Shown: piece after piece, positions 8,523 to 16,009 of the stretch | How the letters are laid out: each line of letters begins with the position of its first letter | Numbering within the stretch: position 1 is the first letter of the stretch | The notes under the pieces: generated by a model | Databases searched by the model: none | What the model was told of the DNA's origin: nothing | The model's input: only the letters and a program-made list of their open reading frames with translations | Program-made: the position numbers and the translations under genes | Source of the DNA: Gemmatimonadota bacterium | GTDB lineage: Bacteria; Gemmatimonadota; Gemmatimonadetes; Longimicrobiales; RSA9 | Assembly (NCBI GenBank): GCA_052387015.1 | Contig: JBQTJO010000115.1 | Location: 1 to 34,631 of the forward strand | Length of the DNA stretch: 34,631 nucleotides | Direction of reading: 5' to 3'

Positions 8523-8930
8523 TTATTCCGCTGCGTCTGACTGCAGATGCTTGCGCACGCCGCCAACAAAACTGCGGGCGTGGCTGATCAGCTCCGCTGC
8601 AGCGTGGCTGTCGAGCCCAGACTCTGTTGCGTAATCAGCGTCTTGTCGTAAGGTAAAGGCATCGTGCAGCCAGCGCGAGAATTCGCGTGGCAGCAGACCG
8701 GTTTTGACGTAATTCAGGTCGAACAGGGCGATGGCCGCACTGTGTCGCGTGGTTTCCTGCTGGCGCGTGGCGAGCAGAGCCAGCACCGCGTAGAACATTG
8801 CGTAATAGGCGCGGTTGACGGCTGAACGCGGCAAGCCCTGGTTCGCGCTCACGCCGGCAGCCTCGAGAGCTTCGTCCGCTTGCTCGAGACGATATGCAAC
8901 CAGTGCGCGAATCTTCTCGCCTTCCTTCAA
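8523..8930 (-). CDS. HEPN-domain protein (putative toxin of a HEPN/MNT pair)
   Basis: This is the in-frame tail of track ORF 8523..9338. I start it at TTG 8930, which overlaps the MNT stop in the sequence TTGA. Sequence: (M)KEGEKIRALVAYRLEQADEALEAAGVSANQGLPRSAVNRAYYAMFYAVLALLATRQQETTRHSAAIALF...LRQDADYA, the classical HEPN helical-bundle pattern with the R..aDY motif. Confidence 0.75.
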   Translation of the reverse strand: MKEGEKIRALVAYRLEQADEALEAAGVSANQGLPRSAVNRAYYAMFYAVLALLATRQQETTRHSAAIALFDLNYVKTGLLPREFSRWLHDAFTLRQDADYATESGLDSHAAAELISHARSFVGGVRKHLQSDAAE

Positions 8931-9244
8931 GCGGCCACACCTTCCCGGCGGACGTTCGCCACCAGGCTGCTGGCGGACATGGGTCCGGACTCGAATTCGT
9001 ATGCCGAAAGAATAATGGTCGGCAGTACGAGTCCGCGCGCGAACCCTGTTTCCCAGGCAATATCCCGAATTGCACGGCGGATTTCCGGCGTCGCGTCCGG
9101 TATGACAACGAGCAAGTCGAGATCCGAATCCGGCGCTGCCGTCCCGCGTGCGCGCGAACCGAAAGCCCAGACTCGCGCGTCCGGCACCCGTTGCCGCACC
9201 GCCGCAGCAAAGGACTCGAGCACAGCCCGGTCGGCGGCTTTCAT
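8927..9244 (-). CDS. minimal nucleotidyltransferase (MNT) domain protein (putative antitoxin)
   Basis: 105-aa ORF. The GS...DxD motif is present: VWAFGSRARGTAAPDSDLDLLVVIPD. It lies directly upstream of the HEPN gene and overlaps it. Confidence 0.8.
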   Translation of the reverse strand: MKAADRAVLESFAAAVRQRVPDARVWAFGSRARGTAAPDSDLDLLVVIPDATPEIRRAIRDIAWETGFARGLVLPTIILSAYEFESGPMSASSLVANVRREGVAA

Positions 9245-9307
9245 GATCGCTCACATTACGAAAGACACCTGTGCTGGACAAGCCGCGCGAAGGCGATCGT
9301 CCCATAT

Positions 9308-9616
9308 ATGGACCCGGCAGGCCGCATCGTTCTGTCACTGCCGATCCGAAAATCCGGCCGATACCCGCTGCAAATGCTGCCCGTGCTGCTGTTCGAGTTT
9401 GCCTGGAAAACGATCTTCATCCTTTTCATCGCGTTGCCGCTCTGGAGAACCGGCCAGCTGGTGTCCGCTGATCATTCCGCGGGCATACGTCTGGGCAAGT
9501 TATGTCAGGAAGGCCGGCGATCGATGGCCGCGCGTTGCAACACGAGCAGTTCCCGTTTCTTAACCTGCGAATACATGAGAACCCTTCTCTGCGAACGGAC
9601 TTTCCTGTTCGTCTGA
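9308..9616 (+). pseudogene. possible frameshifted remnant of a small membrane protein
   Basis: From ATG 9308 the frame reads MDPAGRIVLSLPIRKSGRYPLQMLPVLLFEFAWKTIFILFIALPLWRTGQLV, which looks like a TM segment, and then degenerates into Cys/Arg-rich sequence. The +1 frame continues plausibly (CPLIIPRAYVWASYVRKAGDRW) to a stop at 9563. The region is A/T-richer than its flanks. I recognise no family. Confidence 0.2.
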
Positions 9617-9633
9617 ACTTTGTATTACAAAGT
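9617..9633. promoter_or_regulatory. 17-bp perfect palindrome ACTTTGTA-T-TACAAAGT, candidate operator
   Basis: Read directly from the sequence. It sits about 40 bp upstream of ATG 9671 and directly abuts a TTGAC (-35-like) at 9636-9640. The operon it precedes encodes a winged-helix regulator. Confidence 0.4.
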
Positions 9634-9670
9634 ACTTGACGCCGAACCCGAAAGGCCCGAGATTGCCACC

Positions 9671-10273
9671 ATGAGCGCACTCAGACGCCCAGCCGAACCC
9701 CATGCACTGCACGACCGCGCCGCGGACGACCTGGCCTTTATCCGCTCCACCATGGAGCGCGCCGACTCGTTCACCGCGGTCTCCGGCATGGGTTACATCG
9801 TGCTCGGCACCAGCGCACTCATCGCTGCCTTCATCGCCTCGCGCGCCGCGACGCTCGGCGGCTGGCTTACGGTCTGGCTGGTCGAGCTGGTGGTCGGTGC
9901 TGCGATCGCGATATTGATGACGTCGCAGAAAGCACGGCGCAGCAGTCTGCCGCTCGCGCGCGGCGCCGCCCGCAAGCTGCTGCTCGGCTTCACGCCCGTG
10001 ATGCTTGCAGGCGGCGTGCTCACGTTTGCGCTGCTGCGCGCCGATGCCGGCGCGTTGCTGCCGGGTATGTGGCTGGCGGTCTACGGCGCCGCGGTCATTG
10101 CCGGCGGCGTCTACTCGATCCGGCCGGTGCTCGTGCTGGGCGGCGCGCTGCTGCTGCTCGGGATTGCGACGCTGTTCTATCCACCCATGCCGGGCGACCT
10201 CGTGCTCGCGCTGGGGTTCGGCCTCTTTCACATCATCTGCGGGGTCGTGATCGCGAGGTGGCACGGTGGCTGA
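9671..10273 (+). CDS. integral membrane protein, unknown function
   Basis: The track ORF is 9620..10273, trimmed to ATG 9671 (MSALRRPAEP...). It has about 5 hydrophobic helices (GYIVLGTSALIAAFIA, WLVELVVGAAIAILM, LLLGFTPVMLAGGVLTFALL and others). The next gene starts 32 nt downstream of its stop. Confidence 0.65.
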   Translation: MSALRRPAEPHALHDRAADDLAFIRSTMERADSFTAVSGMGYIVLGTSALIAAFIASRAATLGGWLTVWLVELVVGAAIAILMTSQKARRSSLPLARGAARKLLLGFTPVMLAGGVLTFALLRADAGALLPGMWLAVYGAAVIAGGVYSIRPVLVLGGALLLLGIATLFYPPMPGDLVLALGFGLFHIICGVVIARWHGG

Positions 10274-10304
10274 GTCTGCGCGCAAGGACAAACAGGAGAG
10301 CGGC

Positions 10305-10649
10305 ATGCGTGGCGGTGTGAAGCGCGCATTGCGCGCCATAACCGGCGACGCACAGTCGTCGCCGTTCGACCCGCTCATTCACGAACGCGTTCGCCTCGGC
10401 ATTCTCGGCGCACTCGCCGTTTCATCGCCGTTGTCGTTCAACGAAGTGAAATCGATTCTCGAGATCTCCGACGGCAATCTGAGCGTACACGCGCGCAAGC
10501 TCGAGGACGCCGGTTATATCGAGATCACCAAGCGGTTCGAGGACCGGGTGCCGCGTACGGATTACGCGATCACCAGGCCGGGCCGGGCCGCACTGAAGGC
10601 TTACCTCGCCCACATGGAAGCGCTGATCGGCGCCGTTCGCAACGACTGA
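10305..10649 (+). CDS. winged-helix transcriptional regulator (ArsR/MarR-like, HTH_34-type)
   Basis: The track ORF is 10266..10649. I prefer ATG 10305, with AGGAGA 6 nt upstream. Sequence: FDPLIHERVRLGILGALAVSSPLSFNEVKSILEISDGNLSVHARKLEDAGYIEITKRFEDRVPRTDYAITRPGRAALKAYLAHMEALI, the typical wHTH pattern of this small regulator family. Confidence 0.75.
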   Translation: MRGGVKRALRAITGDAQSSPFDPLIHERVRLGILGALAVSSPLSFNEVKSILEISDGNLSVHARKLEDAGYIEITKRFEDRVPRTDYAITRPGRAALKAYLAHMEALIGAVRND

Positions 10650-10672
10650 TTTATTTTTTGGAGAGTCACTTT

Positions 10673-12223
10673 ATGGTGCAAAGTCTACAGCAGGACAAAG
10701 ACGATGCCTTCGCACGCCGCACCGCGGCGCGCGTCGCCTTGGCCATGGCGCTGCTGCTCGGCCTGGCCGCGGAACGCCTGCTCTGGTACGGACCCTTGGG
10801 CCTCGGCTGGCTGCTGTGGATCGCGCTGTTCGGCGCGTGCGCCGTCGTGATCGTGCGTCAGGCCGGCTTCGAGTGGCAGCGCGAAACCGCGGTCGCGGTC
10901 GCTGTAGCTACAGGTGCAGCAGCGATTCCATTGTTGCGCGCCGCACCTGCGCTGCATCTGCTGTCGCTGCTCGTGCTGGTCGTGGCTGCTTCGGTGCCGC
11001 TGCTGCGCGCCCGCTCCTTCCGTTTCGTGCAGATGCGGGTCGCGGCGCAGATTTTCGGCCTCGTGCTCGTGCCGGCGCACGCGCTCGGCGGCGTGTTCCC
11101 GCTCGTGGTGCGCGATGCAGGGCGAGCGGCCGTGGCCGCGCGGGTCGTGCGCGTACCTCTGATCGCGGCGCGCGCGGCGCTGCTCGCCGCACCGCCGCTC
11201 GTGGTGTTTGCCGCGCTGTTCATGTCTGCGGACCCGGTGTTCGAGAGCTACGCGCAGAACCTCGTGCAGCTCGGCTTCGAAGATCTCCTGCGTCATTTGG
11301 CCTTTGCGCTGGCCTTCGCCTGGATCAGCGCCGGCCTGCTTCGCTCGCTGCTGCCGCAGCGTGCGCCTGCGGAGATACTGCCGCCACTGCCGACCCTGCC
11401 GGCGGCCGAGGTGACGATCGCGCTCGGCGCACTGGCGCTTCTGTTCGGCTCGTTCGTGGGTGTGCAAGCGCGCTGGCTCTTCAATGGCGCCGCCGCGCTG
11501 AGCGCGATCCCGGGGCTCACGGTTGCTGATTATGCGCGCCGCGGCTTCTTCGAGCTCGTGGTCGCCGCTGCGCTCGTGGTGCCGCTTCTGCTCGCCGCCG
11601 ACGCCGTAACGCGTAATGCGTCGGTGGGCGCGCGCACGGCCGTGCGCGTCGCATCCGGCACGATCGTGCTGCTCGTCTTCGCGGTCATGATATCGGCGTT
11701 CCAGCGCATGATGCTCTACACCGGGCGCTTCGGGCTCACCGAGCTGCGCGTTTACACGACTGCGTTCATGGTCTGGCTGGCTGTAGTCTTCGCCTGGTAC
11801 GCGGTTACCACACTGCGTGGCCGGCGGCGTCGCTTGGTCGCGGGCCCGGTCACGGCCGGCATTATTGCGGTGTTCACGCTTGCGGCGGTCAATCCGGACG
11901 CGCTGATCGCGCGCGTCAACCTGGAGCGCTCGCGGGCGGGTAATGAGCTGGACTCGGCGCACCTTGGCAACCTCTCGGCCGACGCCGTTCCGTACCTCCT
12001 GCCCGCGCTGTCGCAGCTCGACGCGCGTGCCCAGTGCGCCGTGAGCAAGAGACTGCTGAAGCAATACGCCACGGCCGCGCCGCACTTCCTGGCCGACAGC
12101 CCGCCGCGCGCGCGCGCCCGCGAGCTGGTCGCGCGCCACGCTGAACGCCTCACGGCCATGACGCGGACGTGCCCGGTGACAACCAAGCCGCCAGCTGAAG
12201 CTTTCAGCCCTATGGCTCAGTAG
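10673..12223 (+). CDS. large polytopic membrane protein (DUF4153/DUF4173-like), unknown function
   Basis: The track ORF is 10658..12223, trimmed to ATG 10673 (GGAGAG 7 nt upstream). It has more than 10 hydrophobic helices and a soluble C-terminal tail. Pairing with the preceding small wHTH regulator is a recurrent arrangement for this family, from memory and not verified. Confidence 0.65.
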   Translation: MVQSLQQDKDDAFARRTAARVALAMALLLGLAAERLLWYGPLGLGWLLWIALFGACAVVIVRQAGFEWQRETAVAVAVATGAAAIPLLRAAPALHLLSLLVLVVAASVPLLRARSFRFVQMRVAAQIFGLVLVPAHALGGVFPLVVRDAGRAAVAARVVRVPLIAARAALLAAPPLVVFAALFMSADPVFESYAQNLVQLGFEDLLRHLAFALAFAWISAGLLRSLLPQRAPAEILPPLPTLPAAEVTIALGALALLFGSFVGVQARWLFNGAAALSAIPGLTVADYARRGFFELVVAAALVVPLLLAADAVTRNASVGARTAVRVASGTIVLLVFAVMISAFQRMMLYTGRFGLTELRVYTTAFMVWLAVVFAWYAVTTLRGRRRRLVAGPVTAGIIAVFTLAAVNPDALIARVNLERSRAGNELDSAHLGNLSADAVPYLLPALSQLDARAQCAVSKRLLKQYATAAPHFLADSPPRARARELVARHAERLTAMTRTCPVTTKPPAEAFSPMAQ

Positions 12224-12230
12224 CACGCAG

Positions 12231-12263
12231 TTGCGCGGCCCGGATTCGAACCAGGACCTGATT
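12231..12263 (-). other. tRNA 3'-half-like remnant (T-arm plus acceptor 3' strand)
   Basis: The minus strand reads AATCAGGT-CCTGG-TTCGAAT-CCGGG-CCGCGCA-A: a 5-bp T-stem, a canonical 7-nt TTCGAAT loop and a 7-nt acceptor strand plus discriminator. No matching 5' acceptor strand, D-arm or anticodon arm lies upstream, where the sequence runs into the CDS ending at 12269. The remnant fills most of the 45-nt gap between two convergent genes. Confidence 0.4.
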
Positions 12264-12268
12264 TTGTA

Positions 12269-15172
12269 TTAGGCGAAGCAGTCGCTCCAGCGACCCGCCC
12301 ATGGCTGGTTCGACTCCAGATTGTCAACCAGCTGGATGTACAGGCGACGGGCGGCTTCGTTGAATTCTTCCGCAGGCGCGTGTGCATACGGCAGCAGCTG
12401 CGCGCGAATTCGCTCCGCAAGCGATCCGCTGTCGATCATGCGCTCGACCAGATCCAGGTATTTCATCTCATCGGTCGGCGCGCGTGCGCGCGCGCCTTGC
12501 AGCAGCAGCGCGAGCACATCGCGAACGCGCGCGCGCCCGTCCTCCGCGCGCGTGATTGCGACGTGGGGCGCCTGCACGCGCGCGGCCGTACCGTCGGCGA
12601 TCGTGCTGTGCAGATCCGCGATCAACAGCTCGTGAGCCGGCAGTGCGATGCGTCCGTCCAGAATCAGCTCGGTCAGATGCTCGAGCGACCAGCGCACGAA
12701 TGTCGCGATCGCGACGTCCATCTTCACGCATTCCTGGGTGTCCAGCATCCGCACTTCCATTGCTCTGCGTGAGAAGCGCAGGATGGCCGCGCGCGTGTTG
12801 AAGAATTCATCGCGGATCGCGCGCGTATCCGGCAGCCGGTCGAGCGCGTTGTACATCTTCTGAAGAATGTTCCTGCGGTAGTCGCCAAAGCTTTCGGAGT
12901 ACTCGGGCACCAGCGAGCCGCAGCTTTCCGGGATACGCGCCTGGATGCGCGTCAGATGCGCCATTCTCCCGTCCACCGCCGGTTGCAGGCGGCCGTCGTG
13001 CATGGGTGAGCTGGCCGCGATGGCGGGCAGATACGGAATCAGCAGACTGGACGCCTTCAGCATGGCGATCGTCTGCGGCTCGTTGCCGAACGGCAGGTTC
13101 ACGTGCGAAGCCTGCACGTTCATCCAGCCGTGCGTGCGCACGTCGAACAGGCGCGCGTACGTCGCATACACGCGCATTCCCGAGTGCGTCCACAGCTTGC
13201 CGGCGGCCGGATCGAACCAGGGGTGCATGCCGGTCGGAAAGAGGCGCGCGCCGAATTCGTCGCGCAGCACGGCCGAGAAGCGCTGCACGCCTTCGTACAG
13301 CAGTTGCTCGATGTCGTTCATCGAATGCAGCGGCTGCTGTGTCTTGATCTCGAAGACGTGGTCGGCGAATTCGTTCGAAAAGCCGATCGCGCCCAGATCG
13401 ACATCGCTCGTGCCGCGGCCCGCCAGGATGCGGAACGCCGGCTCGACCAGCGAAACCACGTTGAGATCGCGATCGACGATCGGATATTCGAGCTCCAGCC
13501 CGGCAACCTCGAAAGGCTTGTACTCGCGGCGCGGCTTGCCCGGCAATGCGATCGGCTTGCGTACCTCTTCCAGCTGCGCTTCCGCCGCCGGCGCCTGCGG
13601 CAGCCCGGCCGTCTCGACCCGTTCCACGAAAAAACGCACGATGTCCTCGTAGATGAGGTCGCCGTCGGCAGTGTCTTCGTAGCCGACGTCGAGATTCGGG
13701 TTGTCGTTGACCTCGATCACGAGCGGCCCGTTCGGCCCGACTTTGAGATCGACGCCGTAGAACCCATCGCCCAGCAGCTGCGCGGCGCGCAGCGCGACAG
13801 CCACCACGGCGCGCGGCGCCGAAGCGCGCGCGACCGCCTCGACGCGTCCGTAGCGCTCGGTGCCCATTTCAACGCTGCGAATCTGCCAGTGTCCGCGCGC
13901 CATGTAGTATTTGGCGGCGAACAGCAGCTCGCCGCCGAGCACGCCGATGCGCCAGTCGTACCCGGTCGGCAGCCATTCCTGTGCGATCAGCAGGGGCGAG
14001 CGTCGAAACATCCGGCGAGCGTACTGCTCGAATTCCTGCGCGTTCGTGATCTTGTGCACGGCAGCGGAAAAATCGCCGTCCGGCAGCTTCAGCACGAAGG
14101 GCATTCCGAGTTCCGCGACCTGCGACCAATCGGCATTGCGCGTGATGATGCGGGTTTCAGGCGTCGGTATGCCGGCGCGCCGCAGCAGCTCCTCGAGATA
14201 GACCTTGTTCGTGCAGCGGATGGTGGCGGCGGTCGTGTCGATGACCGGCATGCCGAGCGCTTCGGCTCGCAGCGCGAACTGAAATGCAGTGTGGGTCACG
14301 CCCGTGTGCGCGCGCACGAACAGCGCATCGTACTCGGAGAGCCGGCGCAGGTCGTTCAGGCCGATGCGCGCGACGTGCACGTTCATGCGCGCGGCCACCC
14401 GCTCCAGCCGGTCGATGGTTTCCGCCGAGGAAGGGCTGAACGGATTGGCCGGGTCGACCAGAACTGCCAGCGCGGCGCGAATCGTCTCACGGGGCCGGTC
14501 CCTGCGCTCGAAACGGCAATCATCGTTCAGGATGGCGATCAGCTTGGCCCGCTCATCCGCGCTCAGCTCATCGGGCGCGGCGGCCGCGACTTGCGCGATT
14601 TTCCATTGTCCGTCTTCGCGCACGACCTGCATGCGCAGCAGCGGCGCCGGCCACTCCGTGTACACCGCGCGAGCGGCGCGCTGGAAACGCGCAGCCAGAC
14701 ACGTACCGAGCACGATCAGCGTCTCGACGACCTGCTCCGGCGTGGCGGGGCCGTACTGGCCGGCTTCATCCCGCACGAACGGAACTGGAAAACGGCCGCT
14801 CTGCCGTTCGATCGTCTGCACGCCGCCGTCGGCGGTTTCGGCCGTCCGGCGGCGCACTACCATCTCCGCCGCATCGATGGTCGGGGCGCCGGCCTCCTGC
14901 AGCGCGCGGAAACGCGCGTACGGCTCGGCCAGCCCGGCCATCGTCTGCACAGTCGGCAGCACCTGTTGTCCGCGCGCGTCCGCCAGCAGCGAGACGTAAT
15001 AGCCCTTGCTGCCGTAAACGATGGACCGGCTCAGGTTGACAATGAGTGCATTCGGGCCGGCGAAGCGCGCGTCGCCTTCCAGGTATTCGTCGGCGGTTGC
15101 CACGGTGCACGCGAGGCCTTCCACATCGCGAGCATCGGTGACCACCACGATTACATTGCTTGCTTCGGCCAT
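12269..15172 (-). CDS. fusion protein: N-terminal alpha/beta domain + RimK-like ATP-grasp ligase + GCS2 (YbdK-type) carboxylate-amine ligase
   Basis: 967-aa ORF. The middle region matches RimK-type ATP-grasp (CTNKVYLEELLRRAGIPTPET...MPFVLKLPDGDFSAAVHKI...LLIAQEWLPTGYDWRIGVLGGELLFAAKYYMARGHWQI...FYGVDLKV..GPLVIEVNDNPNL). The C-terminal ~400 aa match the glutamate-cysteine-ligase family 2 fold (FEVAGLELEYPIVDRDLN...FADHVFEIKT...HVNLPF...). The start overlaps the upstream peptidase gene by 22 nt. Confidence 0.8.
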   Translation of the reverse strand: MAEASNVIVVVTDARDVEGLACTVATADEYLEGDARFAGPNALIVNLSRSIVYGSKGYYVSLLADARGQQVLPTVQTMAGLAEPYARFRALQEAGAPTIDAAEMVVRRRTAETADGGVQTIERQSGRFPVPFVRDEAGQYGPATPEQVVETLIVLGTCLAARFQRAARAVYTEWPAPLLRMQVVREDGQWKIAQVAAAAPDELSADERAKLIAILNDDCRFERRDRPRETIRAALAVLVDPANPFSPSSAETIDRLERVAARMNVHVARIGLNDLRRLSEYDALFVRAHTGVTHTAFQFALRAEALGMPVIDTTAATIRCTNKVYLEELLRRAGIPTPETRIITRNADWSQVAELGMPFVLKLPDGDFSAAVHKITNAQEFEQYARRMFRRSPLLIAQEWLPTGYDWRIGVLGGELLFAAKYYMARGHWQIRSVEMGTERYGRVEAVARASAPRAVVAVALRAAQLLGDGFYGVDLKVGPNGPLVIEVNDNPNLDVGYEDTADGDLIYEDIVRFFVERVETAGLPQAPAAEAQLEEVRKPIALPGKPRREYKPFEVAGLELEYPIVDRDLNVVSLVEPAFRILAGRGTSDVDLGAIGFSNEFADHVFEIKTQQPLHSMNDIEQLLYEGVQRFSAVLRDEFGARLFPTGMHPWFDPAAGKLWTHSGMRVYATYARLFDVRTHGWMNVQASHVNLPFGNEPQTIAMLKASSLLIPYLPAIAASSPMHDGRLQPAVDGRMAHLTRIQARIPESCGSLVPEYSESFGDYRRNILQKMYNALDRLPDTRAIRDEFFNTRAAILRFSRRAMEVRMLDTQECVKMDVAIATFVRWSLEHLTELILDGRIALPAHELLIADLHSTIADGTAARVQAPHVAITRAEDGRARVRDVLALLLQGARARAPTDEMKYLDLVERMIDSGSLAERIRAQLLPYAHAPAEEFNEAARRLYIQLVDNLESNQPWAGRWSDCFA

Positions 15173-15921
15173 ACTTCCAGCAACCCGGCGTCATACGTGA
15201 CATCGCCGAGCAGAATCGCATTGATGAGCCGTTCGGAATCGACACTGATCCGCCCTTTGTGCGAAACCGGCACGTGCTCGGAGGGATCGACCACACTCAG
15301 CTTTCGTCCCCAGTGGTCATAGCCGCTGATCACGACGAAATGGCCGGTCGGCTCGCCCCGGACGTCGTCGTCCACGTGCCTTCTCAGCTCGGCGTCCCAG
15401 CGCTCGCGCGGAAAGCGGTAGAGATAGGTCGCCGAAAGCCCGGCCAGCACCGGGTGATCGCGGTCGAGAATGGTGCGGATCAGCGCGGGCGTCAGCTCGT
15501 CGAAGGCCAGCTCCCCTCCCATCTCCAGGAACCGGATGTAGGCACCGGCCGCCCGCAGCCGCTTTTCTTCCGCCAGATACGGAAAGCGCTCGAAGATTTT
15601 TTCGTTGAGCGCGGCCGCGTCGAGACCGAACCAGGTCGGGTCGAAGATGCGGAGGTCGTACGAGTAGATGCGCGCGCCGAATCCCTGTTTCAGCGCGGCA
15701 ATGCCGAGAAACACCGCCAGGGTGCCGCCGTCCTCGTTCCGTTCGAGCGTGGCCAAGACTTCGGGCAGCGGCAGCGGCCGGCCGAAATAGGCGAACACCT
15801 TGCGCAGGCAGGTGGGCCCGCAGGTCACCTCGTCCGGCTGGACGATGCGCTCCACGTCCAGCTCGTGCGCGACACGCGACCACTCCCGCGCGCGCTCGTC
15901 CTTCACGGCGGCTGACTTCAT
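15151..15921 (-). CDS. C39-like papain-fold cysteine peptidase (stand-alone, no ABC transporter fusion)
   Basis: 256-aa ORF. The Gln/Cys motif is VQPDEVTCGPTCLRKVFAYFG. The His motif is EPTGHFVVISGYD. The mirror + ORF 15160..15915 is R/G/Q/V-rich antisense noise. Confidence 0.7.
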   Translation of the reverse strand: MKSAAVKDERAREWSRVAHELDVERIVQPDEVTCGPTCLRKVFAYFGRPLPLPEVLATLERNEDGGTLAVFLGIAALKQGFGARIYSYDLRIFDPTWFGLDAAALNEKIFERFPYLAEEKRLRAAGAYIRFLEMGGELAFDELTPALIRTILDRDHPVLAGLSATYLYRFPRERWDAELRRHVDDDVRGEPTGHFVVISGYDHWGRKLSVVDPSEHVPVSHKGRISVDSERLINAILLGDVTYDAGLLEVWPKQAM

Positions 15922-15960
15922 GCACGTCAGAGGAGCAACGCTTGTACCACCCGCATCAGA

Positions 15961-15989
15961 AAGGGCCGCGCCAGTTCGGCGCGGCCCTT
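15961..15989 (-). terminator. GC-rich hairpin downstream of the SusD-like gene
   Basis: AAGGGCCGCGCC-AGTTC-GGCGCGGCCCTT forms a perfect 12-bp stem with a 5-nt loop, 21 nt after the stop at 16010. The flanking T-tract is only short (TTCT on the minus strand). Confidence 0.55.
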
Positions 15990-16009
15990 GTTGCTACCTG
16001 ATCCCAGAC

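Noticed and set aside
10685-12226. 513-aa minus-strand ORF mirroring the polytopic membrane protein
   Set aside because: The product would be about one-third Arg/Glu/Gln with no hydrophobic core. The + frame gives a coherent multi-TM protein with an SD-ATG.
12305-12319. Second T-loop-like motif CTGG-TTCGACT-CCAG on the + strand
   Set aside because: It lies inside the ligase CDS (codons for NLESNQPW read on the other strand). It has only a 4-bp stem and no surrounding tRNA structure, so it is most likely chance.
13103-15322. 739-aa + ORF antisense to the ATP-grasp/GCS2 fusion, and 15160..15915 (+) antisense to the C39-like gene
   Set aside because: There are no motifs and the composition is typical of antisense reading. 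The minus-strand frames carry ATP-grasp, GCS2 and Cys/His peptidase motifs.
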